From NCBI GenBank assembly GCA_050293845.1, contig JBNKNM010000003.1, positions 35,447 to 96,968 of the forward strand: DNA of 61,522 bases. The letters are read 5' to 3'. The translations under genes and the position numbers were made by a program. This document shows positions 10,585 through 19,166 of this stretch, one piece after another. This stretch comes from Pseudobacteriovorax sp. Lineage in GTDB: Bacteria; Bdellovibrionota_B; Oligoflexia; Oligoflexales; Oligoflexaceae. A model generated the notes under the pieces. That model was given only the letters and a program-made list of their open reading frames with translations. It did no database searches and was not told where the DNA came from. The first letter of the stretch is position 1. Every line of letters begins with the position of its first letter.

Positions 10585-11526
10585 ATGGCCTTTGACGATT
10601 TTATTTCCGACTCCGGACTGAAGATTTTAGCCATGGCCCGCTTAAGCGAATGTGAATATAGCATTGTACTCTATATTTTAAATTGCTCAGTATCTGGCCT
10701 TGACCAGCTGATTACCACTGAGCAAGAATTTTCATCTTTAATCGGTTACGATGAGGAAACCCTCGATAAGGCCCTAACGACCTTAGCCGAGCGTAATATT
10801 GTTTATATTAAATACGGAGAACACCACCAACCGGCTGATCGCAGGAGTATCCGCGTCGGGCTCCAGTATGAAACCCAAAAATGGCATCTTACCTTTGATG
10901 ACGATGTTACCTCCCAGGATGCCGTTGTTTTTCCCTTTAGAAGGGATGGAAACCTTAGGATACTACAGCCTGACAATAGCAACCTTCCCCACCAGCCCAC
11001 AATTAAGTACCCAATACCGACATGGAAGCGGATTACAGAAGCCTTCTACACGGGACGAGACACAAGAGACGCAAATCTCGAAAAAACCGAACGGGATGCC
11101 AAAGTGTTGATTGATACCCACCCCGTTGATCAAGTTTTGCTAATGATACGTCATTTCGGGGATAGAATTCCTACTCTAAGCCTCCTAGCATCATCTTGGC
11201 AGCATTACCAGTCCATTTTTGCAGAAGAAACCGATAAGGTGGACTTGCTTGATGCGCGCCATAAGCACCTGGAGTTGGATCATCGATTGCGCGATGCTGT
11301 AGAGCTTCTGCTCAAACAAAAGTCTGCTCTAAAACTCAATGAAGAGGAAGTGACAGTTTTGGAGATTTTATTTAATCACAGACATCCACGAAGGCAGTTG
11401 TTTTGGGCATACCAAACCAAATCACGGTACCCGAATTTGAAACAGTTTTTTTCGGAAAACTCTTTCTTAATGTTGCCAGTCACATCTTCGGGAACCATTG
11501 TTAAGAAACGTCCCCATCAAGACTGA
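10585..11526 (+). CDS. Winged-helix protein resembling phage lambda O / DnaD-type replication proteins
   Basis: ATG after AGGAGA RBS. N-terminal LSECEYSIVLYILN...EQEFSSLIGYDEETLDKALTTLAERNIV fits a wHTH pattern. Confidence 0.55.
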   Translation: MAFDDFISDSGLKILAMARLSECEYSIVLYILNCSVSGLDQLITTEQEFSSLIGYDEETLDKALTTLAERNIVYIKYGEHHQPADRRSIRVGLQYETQKWHLTFDDDVTSQDAVVFPFRRDGNLRILQPDNSNLPHQPTIKYPIPTWKRITEAFYTGRDTRDANLEKTERDAKVLIDTHPVDQVLLMIRHFGDRIPTLSLLASSWQHYQSIFAEETDKVDLLDARHKHLELDHRLRDAVELLLKQKSALKLNEEEVTVLEILFNHRHPRRQLFWAYQTKSRYPNLKQFFSENSFLMLPVTSSGTIVKKRPHQD

Positions 11527-11543
11527 TTGATCTAGCTAGGCAA

Positions 11544-13547
11544 CTATGAAGCCACAGAAAGTTTCTCCAGGGGGTAGAATAGTTTCATACCGTCAACTTC
11601 CACATGAACACCTTTTTCGGCACGTAACAGAGTGCATACCTGCCCCCCAAGGTTGAACGATTTTTTCTCTGTAAAGCTATTGATGTCAATATCAATGAAT
11701 GCACCGGAGTCAAAACTAAGGTGGATCGTACCTTCTGAAACGGAAACCCCACTAAAAATAAACTGAACCTTTGATGCAACCGACTGGGATAGATTGGAGC
11801 CTGGCTTGTCTTGCTCAGATGCTAGCTCCGGAACATTTTGCTCTAGTGTAGTGTCATCGATATCCAAACTACTATCATAATCGCTGAAATCAGCATCAAT
11901 GTCTTCATCTATTTCAATTTCTTCCTCTATTTCATCTTCATTTAAAAGCTCAAGGGTATGTTCACGATGTTCATGGTTATCATCTATTTCTGATGTTGCA
12001 AGAATTTCGGCTTCCTTATCAATATCAGCTATGATTTTAGATTCGACATACTCTTCATCGACCTCTGCAAATTCATCCTCATGAATTGATTGATCATCAT
12101 CTTGAACGTCTGGGGGCACTTGCTGATCTGCACCGAATATTTCATCAGCAGATTCGTCTTCAGGAGGCAGCTCTTCATCTGAGCTATGAATAGGATTCTC
12201 ACTGGTAAACTCAGAAACGTCTTCGTCAAGCTCTAGCTCAAGGTCTTCGTCGCTACTATGTTCAATCTGCTTTTGATCGCCAAAATCCAGGTTAATTTCA
12301 TCGAGTTCCTCGTTTTCAACCGGTAATTCAATGGATACTTCCTCTATTTCTGCATCCTCTTCTGCAGATAAAGTTTCCATTGCGATATCCTCATCAAGGG
12401 CTTGGGAGTCTGTTGCATGAGCTGAGGCAGAGTCTGATTCTTCAGGATCAACATCAATATCATCCAGCTCGAGATCAGCTTCATCAATATCTAAGCTGTT
12501 TCCAGAGTTGCTCTCATCAGTTATGCTTAATGTATCTCCCTCATCCTCTAAACTGTCGGTCGCTATTTCTAACTCGTCCATATTATCAAGATCAGATTCA
12601 CTAAGGGTTATATTGTCCCCAAGATCATCACCTTCAGAGCTTTCAAGCTCATCTGGATCTAACATGTTACTTTGACTTTCTATAGACTCTGAGTCATCTT
12701 CACTAAGATAATGTTCACCATCAAGTTGATCTTCATCCAAATCGCCAAGATCATCCAGGTCATCTTCACTGAGCAAGTCAAGATCATCAGCGTCTCCAAC
12801 ATCTTCCGATTCATTATGGCTTTCATCAGCTTCTAAAGGACGACTAACGTCATTGTCAGACTCTGCCGCTTCATGAAAAACATCATCTCCACTATGGGCA
12901 TCTTGACTATAGGGGGCTAAGCATGCGACAAACTCTGCTACTCCGCACCGCTCGATGACATCATGCAGGGTTTCCCCTTCTGCAGCTTTATCATTAAATA
13001 ATTGAACAACCTTTTTTAGGAGGTCCCCAACCAATTCAGTAGGCACATGTTCAGCCATAAATGCGGCAAATTCTGGTACCTGGGAGCTTTTACCTCCTAG
13101 GCTAATCCGATAACCGGAGGAGTCACCAACCAAAGAAATATCTAGAGTATGGCAAGGAGTACAGCACTGAAAGCAACCATTGATACCGATACGTAGAGGG
13201 GACTGGGACTGTAGATCTTCTAACTTCTGTGCTAAATCCATAGCAGTCCCTAAAGCGTCCTGCTCATGATCCTGACAGAGCTCTCCTAAACATGCCACAG
13301 CTTGGTGAAGCCCATCCCGATAATGACGGACTCCCAGACCGATTTCACTTAGTGTCTGGGTCACATGGGTTATATTATCATCAATTACAAAAAGTCCGAG
13401 GCGCTGATCCTCTGTGGCTTTTACTATCGCCAAATCGTCTTCGCATAGCTCTGCTATTTTTTTCAGCTGTGCTGAATTATAAATTCCTCCGGGAGCTTCC
13501 GTGAGTAGAAAATTTGTTCCATTTTTCAATTTGAAGAGCGCACTCAT
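11544..13547 (-). CDS. Nitrite/sulfite reductase-like half module (ferredoxin-like + Fe-S domain) fused to a long acidic low-complexity region and a small C-terminal domain
   Basis: PGG..NSAQLKKIAEL, ATEDQRL, ACLGELC, RIGINGCFQCC, DISLVG, YRISLGGK, GETLHDVIERCG. Residues ~215-585 are strongly D/E-rich. Confidence 0.75.
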   Translation of the reverse strand: MSALFKLKNGTNFLLTEAPGGIYNSAQLKKIAELCEDDLAIVKATEDQRLGLFVIDDNITHVTQTLSEIGLGVRHYRDGLHQAVACLGELCQDHEQDALGTAMDLAQKLEDLQSQSPLRIGINGCFQCCTPCHTLDISLVGDSSGYRISLGGKSSQVPEFAAFMAEHVPTELVGDLLKKVVQLFNDKAAEGETLHDVIERCGVAEFVACLAPYSQDAHSGDDVFHEAAESDNDVSRPLEADESHNESEDVGDADDLDLLSEDDLDDLGDLDEDQLDGEHYLSEDDSESIESQSNMLDPDELESSEGDDLGDNITLSESDLDNMDELEIATDSLEDEGDTLSITDESNSGNSLDIDEADLELDDIDVDPEESDSASAHATDSQALDEDIAMETLSAEEDAEIEEVSIELPVENEELDEINLDFGDQKQIEHSSDEDLELELDEDVSEFTSENPIHSSDEELPPEDESADEIFGADQQVPPDVQDDDQSIHEDEFAEVDEEYVESKIIADIDKEAEILATSEIDDNHEHREHTLELLNEDEIEEEIEIDEDIDADFSDYDSSLDIDDTTLEQNVPELASEQDKPGSNLSQSVASKVQFIFSGVSVSEGTIHLSFDSGAFIDIDINSFTEKKSFNLGGQVCTLLRAEKGVHVEVDGMKLFYPLEKLSVAS

Positions 13548-13584
13548 TCAGACGTTTTCCTAAATGTAGTCTCAATATTAGTGC

Positions 13585-13611
13585 TCTTCGGTAAGTATTA
13601 GAAATGCTTTA
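13585..13611 (-). promoter_or_regulatory. sigma28 (FliA)-type promoter
   Basis: Minus strand TAAA-N15-ACCGAAGA, 38 bp upstream of ATG 13547. Confidence 0.55.
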
Positions 13612-13777
13612 ATTGCTGGTAGATCTCTGGAAAAAATATCCCGTTACCTTATAATTAAGGTAAAGATTATCGGAGATTACTTCTGTTTTTTTTTCGCATA
13701 CTTTTTCAATACTGCAACAAGTTAACACCCTTGCCACCAAAAATGACAGTTGGTCTGGGCTCCAAATATTTCGAATG

Positions 13778-14680
13778 CTAACTAAGATTTTCCAAGTAGT
13801 CTCGCAAACGTTGGTTCATGAGAGCCTTAGAAACCCAAAAGGTTTCAGCCAGCTGCATGACTATATCGAGACTACTATCGATTTTTTCTACTTCAATGCG
13901 TAATACTTTGGAGGGAATCAAAAGCATCCCTGCAAAAATATTAGACTGTATTTCTAGAATTTCATCAGGAACCGACTGCAGGCTTAGGGCAAAATCTTGA
14001 CCGCTACGACAAATGTATTTATATAGCTCTTTAGCGATTAAAAAACGTACATATGGCCTCATTTCCTCACCTTTATAGCGAACTTCGGTGATCAATGAGC
14101 CATGGCTACTTTCCTTAACTACCTGAATAGGTCCTTCAACCTCACTGTCATTAACCAGAGTGATATTAGGGAATAATTGAAACACTTCAGGTATATAAAT
14201 CGGTGCTTCCGAGAAGCTACCAATATCTAGTACATGGTTAGCCACCCGAACGACTGCTGGGCGGTTAACATCAAATAGCTCTTCAAAGGTCTTAATCGAG
14301 CCATCTTGTTGCCACTTATTAGGATTTTTAAAGAATTCTTTTTTTAGTACCTCCAGCGATCTACCGGTGAGGTTGAAACTGCCATAGCCTTTATATTCAA
14401 ATACGGCCTCTTCAAGGTCCACTTTGCCGCTGGCAATATCGATAAGAAGACGTTCATCTATATTGAGGTGATCAGCTATGCTTTTGAGGGTGGCAAGGGC
14501 TCTAATATTCTTCTTGCCTTTTTTCCAGTGGCTACAGTCGGCTGGATCATAACCAAGAATAGCACCAACATCTTGATCGATAACCTTAACGTTGCCCTCA
14601 TATCGAATTTCTAATGCTTCCTTGCAAAAGCGAAAAAGCGTTGCAGAGTGTGGGTAACGGTTTGCTTCAACCTTTTTCAT
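13778..14680 (-). CDS. XRE-type HTH + ImmA/IrrE-like domain with degenerate zinc motif
   Basis: HTH: DVGAILGYDPADCSHWKKGKKN...LKSIADHLNID. IrrE-like: RFLIAKELYK, EIQSNIFAGMLLIP, LAETFWVS...RL. Confidence 0.75.
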   Translation of the reverse strand: MKKVEANRYPHSATLFRFCKEALEIRYEGNVKVIDQDVGAILGYDPADCSHWKKGKKNIRALATLKSIADHLNIDERLLIDIASGKVDLEEAVFEYKGYGSFNLTGRSLEVLKKEFFKNPNKWQQDGSIKTFEELFDVNRPAVVRVANHVLDIGSFSEAPIYIPEVFQLFPNITLVNDSEVEGPIQVVKESSHGSLITEVRYKGEEMRPYVRFLIAKELYKYICRSGQDFALSLQSVPDEILEIQSNIFAGMLLIPSKVLRIEVEKIDSSLDIVMQLAETFWVSKALMNQRLRDYLENLS

Positions 14681-14916
14681 GGTCTCTCCCAGTGTTCAAT
14701 GATTCCCAGCTGCAGGATTATCCTAAGTATTTATTGGATTTTTATAACTCAATTAGAAACAATTTTTTAATTCTGGTCAAGCATCTCCGAATCTGGAGCT
14801 TTTCCGATTAACTTGATTATTATTCACAAGTTATTATAATTTAAGCCAAATATATGACACAGTGGCCTTTTGATTTTTCTGGGAAAATAATTTTTAACCT
14901 AGAGATTTTATGTACT

Positions 14917-17268
14917 TTAAATCAGTATTTCAATACCTGTAGAAATGACAAATCTATGGTAGTTATGTTCGTCTATGGTGGATTTTTGATTTTCGTATGA
15001 AATGTTTAGATTAAAATTACCATCATGCTCCATATCAAAACTGTATCCTCCATGAACCTTATGAAGCGTGTCGACACGATTTTCAGCGGACTCCCGAAAT
15101 GAACGTGTAGAATGGTTCATGCTGGCAAAGACACGAGAAAGCCCCCAAAATCGCAGCTGATACTTTGCTCCCAAACCCACTAAACTATAGTTTTCCGTTG
15201 TCATGAGACTATTACTATAGGTTCTGGATCCATACAAGATGCTGCCTAATACTTTCTGTCTAGGCGCTTTCCAAAGAGAGAGGTTGATGGTTGAATTTAT
15301 GAGTCGGGAAGAGCGATCACTGGGAGATTGCTGCAACTCAAATGATAGGGGATCAAGAAGGTCATTCTTTCCGGGTAAAGGGTCCTTATAGACTCCCAAA
15401 TGAAGATCTATTTCAGGCTGCATCACAACGGCTTTCCACCCCAGTTGCGTTTCTAAAACCAGACCATCCAATGCTCTATCCTTCCCAACAATCTTCGTTG
15501 CAAGCGCTAGTTTCCCCTCTAGATAGACCTCCTTCCCAAAGGAGAAGGCACTGAATAGCTCCTGATCGACAAAAGTAACCGCGCTAAGAGACTCCTTAAG
15601 CCAACCAATACGTCTAACATCATAGCCAAAATGTAGGCTGGAAAAACGGCTATGAAATAAATACCACCAAGCCAAAAAACCTGCATCATAGCCCATACCA
15701 GACAGACCTGAAATATCCGATTGAAAAGCGAGATTACTCTTATTCGCAGTACGAAAAATATTGCTGTCAATTCTAACCAAAGTTTTTAGGTTAACCCCCC
15801 AATCGTTGTAAAAAGAAATCAAATCTAAAAACCCTTTACTACTTTCGATGAGCTCAATGGAGTCTGCATACCATTCTGTTTCGCGAAAGTAGCGATCTGC
15901 AACGGGATAATCCTCATCCCTAAAGGCTATGACACCCAGATAGTAAAGACTAATATGACGCATTGGCAATTCATCAAGTTCAAGGGATTTTTCTAGCCAT
16001 TGCTTCGCTTTTTTCCAGTTGCGATTTTCGAAGTATCGGAGCCCTATTTGCAAAGCTGTCCTAGCACTATGATTCTTTTCAAACAAAGGTTTTAAAAGTC
16101 TCAAAGATTCACGTGCTAAGTTTAGCTCTCCCAGAGCTTGACCTGCAAGTTGATGCCATTGGGGTGATTTGCGTAAGATCTCAGCAGCTGTGTTCAGGAC
16201 TTCAAGGGCGATAGAGTATTTTTTTTCCGCAATTAACTGCTCTGCTGTTCTTAGAGGGTTTCGATAATCAGGACCAACAAAGGTCGTTTTTTTTGGATCA
16301 GCGATCGACTGTTCCAGGAGCAATTCCGGTGTCGTATTTTTAAAAATATAGGCCACATCTTTTAAAGGGATAACTTTGTAGGTTCTATGAGCAGGTCTTT
16401 TTTTTTCAAGTTTAATTTTAACCCCTGCAGAAATATAATCTATGGAAGCTGGGGTCACTATTTTTTTTTCTGACTGCTTTATGAAACGTAACTGGCCACT
16501 AAAGACATACAAGTCTACAAGATCTTTTTCCGGATTATAATCGATTGCAAAATCGCTTGAAGAGCTAGCATCTACCTGCAGCCAATCCCCCACGATAATA
16601 CTTTGCGAGGCTTCTTGCTGCCCATTACGGCTACGGAATCGTAATCGACCCGATTGCAGCATAACCAATCTTTTGTCCTGATGATTTATAAGTCGTGCTT
16701 GAGAGCCTGGTAATAAAAAATACTCATCATGTCCAGCTGTGCCGAAATTGAGAATACTGCCTGAAGATTTTAGTTTTTCATTCCAGTCCAAATTGCGCCT
16801 TCCCTCACGTATAAACTGCAACTTATCTAATCTCCAGGCAAACCCCGTTCCCTTTATTGCTACGATATATGGTTTACCATGATCAAAGGGGGTATCTTCA
16901 TAATCTTTTGTAATCAGTTCAGGAGCAATATCTTTGGGTTGTCGATTATCTAATAGTTCTTTGACCTTAACCTGAAAGTTCATAAATTGCGAACCATAAT
17001 CATTAACCATAATTGCCATCACCTGGTAGGTACCAGGGCTAAGATCAGAAGTTTGAATCTGACACTTTGCAGTATCACAAACCTTTTTTTTCCCAATCCA
17101 CCATTGAATTTCTTTTACTTCGCTGCTAGGAACAATTTCTAGGCTAACACGATCTCCTTGATACACCGTTACAATCTGTGCCGAGTGCATGCGGATACGT
17201 GGTAGATTATCAGCTTTGAGTGAGCTGATCCCTATTAGAATTTGAGCCATAAGAAGTAACCGGAGCAT
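14917..17268 (-). CDS. Secreted multidomain protein: Ig-like, FecR-like, TPR repeats and C-terminal outer-membrane beta-barrel
   Basis: Signal peptide; Ig-like LSPGTYQV; FecR-like LQSGRLR...FAI...LYVFSGQL; TPR helices; C-terminal amphipathic strands ending YHRFVISTGIEILI. Confidence 0.6.
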   Translation of the reverse strand: MLRLLLMAQILIGISSLKADNLPRIRMHSAQIVTVYQGDRVSLEIVPSSEVKEIQWWIGKKKVCDTAKCQIQTSDLSPGTYQVMAIMVNDYGSQFMNFQVKVKELLDNRQPKDIAPELITKDYEDTPFDHGKPYIVAIKGTGFAWRLDKLQFIREGRRNLDWNEKLKSSGSILNFGTAGHDEYFLLPGSQARLINHQDKRLVMLQSGRLRFRSRNGQQEASQSIIVGDWLQVDASSSSDFAIDYNPEKDLVDLYVFSGQLRFIKQSEKKIVTPASIDYISAGVKIKLEKKRPAHRTYKVIPLKDVAYIFKNTTPELLLEQSIADPKKTTFVGPDYRNPLRTAEQLIAEKKYSIALEVLNTAAEILRKSPQWHQLAGQALGELNLARESLRLLKPLFEKNHSARTALQIGLRYFENRNWKKAKQWLEKSLELDELPMRHISLYYLGVIAFRDEDYPVADRYFRETEWYADSIELIESSKGFLDLISFYNDWGVNLKTLVRIDSNIFRTANKSNLAFQSDISGLSGMGYDAGFLAWWYLFHSRFSSLHFGYDVRRIGWLKESLSAVTFVDQELFSAFSFGKEVYLEGKLALATKIVGKDRALDGLVLETQLGWKAVVMQPEIDLHLGVYKDPLPGKNDLLDPLSFELQQSPSDRSSRLINSTINLSLWKAPRQKVLGSILYGSRTYSNSLMTTENYSLVGLGAKYQLRFWGLSRVFASMNHSTRSFRESAENRVDTLHKVHGGYSFDMEHDGNFNLNISYENQKSTIDEHNYHRFVISTGIEILI

Positions 17269-17304
17269 GTGTCTCTTTCAGCTGTATCGTTCAATCCGCT
17301 TTGG

Positions 17305-17331
17305 TCATCGGAATACTTTGCTATAGAATTA
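17305..17331 (-). promoter_or_regulatory. Possible sigma28-type promoter
   Basis: Minus strand TAAT-N15-TCCGATGA upstream of ATG 17268. Confidence 0.35.
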
Positions 17332-17407
17332 GGATGGGTTAACTCTGAGTTTTGGCAAATACTGAAATGATGGAAAGTTGGCTATTAGAAAAAGTATCTT
17401 AGATGAT

Positions 17408-17875
17408 TTACTCTAAAAAACTAAAAAATGACCTTTCATCCTCATCAAGTTCTGTATGTTCTCCGCAAGAACTGCAATTAGAATTGAGACTCAGTTCAAC
17501 AAGTTTTTCAACGGGAGTGTTCGTTTTGAATAGAATAGTTTCTTCATAGCCACAACTGGGACATGTGAACGCCCCATAGAACGAATTAATGGTCCCGCGA
17601 CCTAAGAAACTTGGAAATATGTTGATTTGTTGCACCACTTCATGGCTACATTCGTCATATTCGATGCGACGACCATTTTCAAAAGGTGCTAAAAAAGCTA
17701 ACCAAAATCTGACACCTAGGCTAGTAACGCAATCTACTTTTTGAAAATTAAAGCGGCAAACATTACCAACCTCTTCCTGCAATTTGGCAAGGATCGGCTT
17801 GATATCTTCATTCATGATACCACTAAAATATATAATCTCGGTATCGTCTTGCTTTTCAACTTTATAGGAAAACAT
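17408..17875 (-). CDS. STAS-like domain + C-terminal zinc ribbon protein
   Basis: FNFQKVDCVTSLGVRFW; CPSCG and CSSCG; paralogue of 21198..21692. ATG 17875 preferred over TTG 17920. Confidence 0.75.
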   Translation of the reverse strand: MFSYKVEKQDDTEIIYFSGIMNEDIKPILAKLQEEVGNVCRFNFQKVDCVTSLGVRFWLAFLAPFENGRRIEYDECSHEVVQQINIFPSFLGRGTINSFYGAFTCPSCGYEETILFKTNTPVEKLVELSLNSNCSSCGEHTELDEDERSFFSFLE

Positions 17876-17973
17876 AATATCCAATTTTGATAGTGAAACC
17901 ACTATTGAGTATCGGAACAATCCACAATCACCGTAACAGTTTGTGATAGGCCCTCAATGTTACTAGGCTTTAT

Positions 17974-18471
17974 TTACCGAGTGCGAGCAACCACCTTAGA
18001 TTTCAATATATCCACAACTTCTTCCGGTACAAAAGAATCGATTTGCGCTCCATGATGACAAAGCTCTTTGACCAGACTCGAAGACACATAGGAATATTCA
18101 CAAGCGCTGGGAAAAAAAACCGTTTGAATATCGCCCTTTAATTTTCTGTTTGTAATCGCCATAGGCATTTCATAGGAAAAATCTGCTTCTGTCCGCAAAC
18201 CTCTGACAATCCATTGGGCCTGAAATTTTTCTGCTGCCTCAACGGTTAGTCCTGAAAAAAACTCGACCCGAACCTTCTTCTGCTGGCTGAAAATCCTACA
18301 AATAACAGTCTTTCTTTCCTCAGGGCTAAGTAGCGGAGTTTTGGAGCTTGACATACCAATATTGATGATGAGTTCATCAAACATGGGCAGCGCTTGCTGG
18401 ACGATATCAAGGTGACCTAGGGTAAAGGGGTCAAAACTACCAGGAAATATGGCTACTTTCTTATTTGTCAT
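17974..18471 (-). CDS. coaD: Pantetheine-phosphate adenylyltransferase
   Basis: AIFPGSFDPFTLGHLDI, VRGLR..DFSYE, VSSSLVKE. Confidence 0.97.
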   Translation of the reverse strand: MTNKKVAIFPGSFDPFTLGHLDIVQQALPMFDELIINIGMSSSKTPLLSPEERKTVICRIFSQQKKVRVEFFSGLTVEAAEKFQAQWIVRGLRTEADFSYEMPMAITNRKLKGDIQTVFFPSACEYSYVSSSLVKELCHHGAQIDSFVPEEVVDILKSKVVARTR

Positions 18472-18473
18472 TT

Positions 18474-19061
18474 TTATTCCTTAAAGAGAAAGGTGATCAG
18501 AGTGCTACCATAAGTTTTCTGTTTGCTGATGCCTAATTTATGCTGCCTTGCAGTGCTGACTATAAATTCCTGACTAGAGCAGTCACTTTCCAAACCTAAA
18601 ATGCCAGCATCCTTTAGTAATACTCTAATACCACTAAAATTTTCGGCAACGAAATCGTTCACAAGAGCATAGGGAGGGTCCAACCAAACAATGTCAAACC
18701 GTGGTCTCGACTGGAGACTGCATATAGCATCTTTTGCATCTAAGCCCATCAGCTGCAATTGCACCTGCCTCCCTTGCCGGGAAGCCCGTTCCTGCACCCC
18801 TTTAATATTGACACGTATGGCGGCCTGAGCCTGGCGGTCGCTATCGATGAAAATAGCAGAATGGGCACCACGACTCATACCTTCGATGCCAAAAGCCCCA
18901 GAGCCACTAAAAATATCCAAAATATCAGCACCTGGTGTGTAGGTCTGTAAAGAGTTCCATACCGCCTCTCTAACTCTTGACGCAGTAGGGCGAGTATGTA
19001 ATCCTGGGGGGCTTTTAAGAGTCATCCCGCGACACCATCCTGAGTTGATTCTTAAAGTCAA
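18474..19061 (-). CDS. rsmD: 16S rRNA m2G966 methyltransferase
   Basis: TRPTASRVREA, LDIFSGSGAFGIEGMSRGA, DPPY, YG; conserved rsmD-coaD order. Confidence 0.93.
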   Translation of the reverse strand: MTLRINSGWCRGMTLKSPPGLHTRPTASRVREAVWNSLQTYTPGADILDIFSGSGAFGIEGMSRGAHSAIFIDSDRQAQAAIRVNIKGVQERASRQGRQVQLQLMGLDAKDAICSLQSRPRFDIVWLDPPYALVNDFVAENFSGIRVLLKDAGILGLESDCSSQEFIVSTARQHKLGISKQKTYGSTLITFLFKE

Positions 19062-19166
19062 AGCTTGAAGTTCCTTTTAGTTTTCGTTACATACAAGGGC
19101 TCAATATAAAGTAAGACTTTAGGGCTTTTTTTTCATCCTTTTTGTTCCCTAAGAAAGGTTTTGCCA

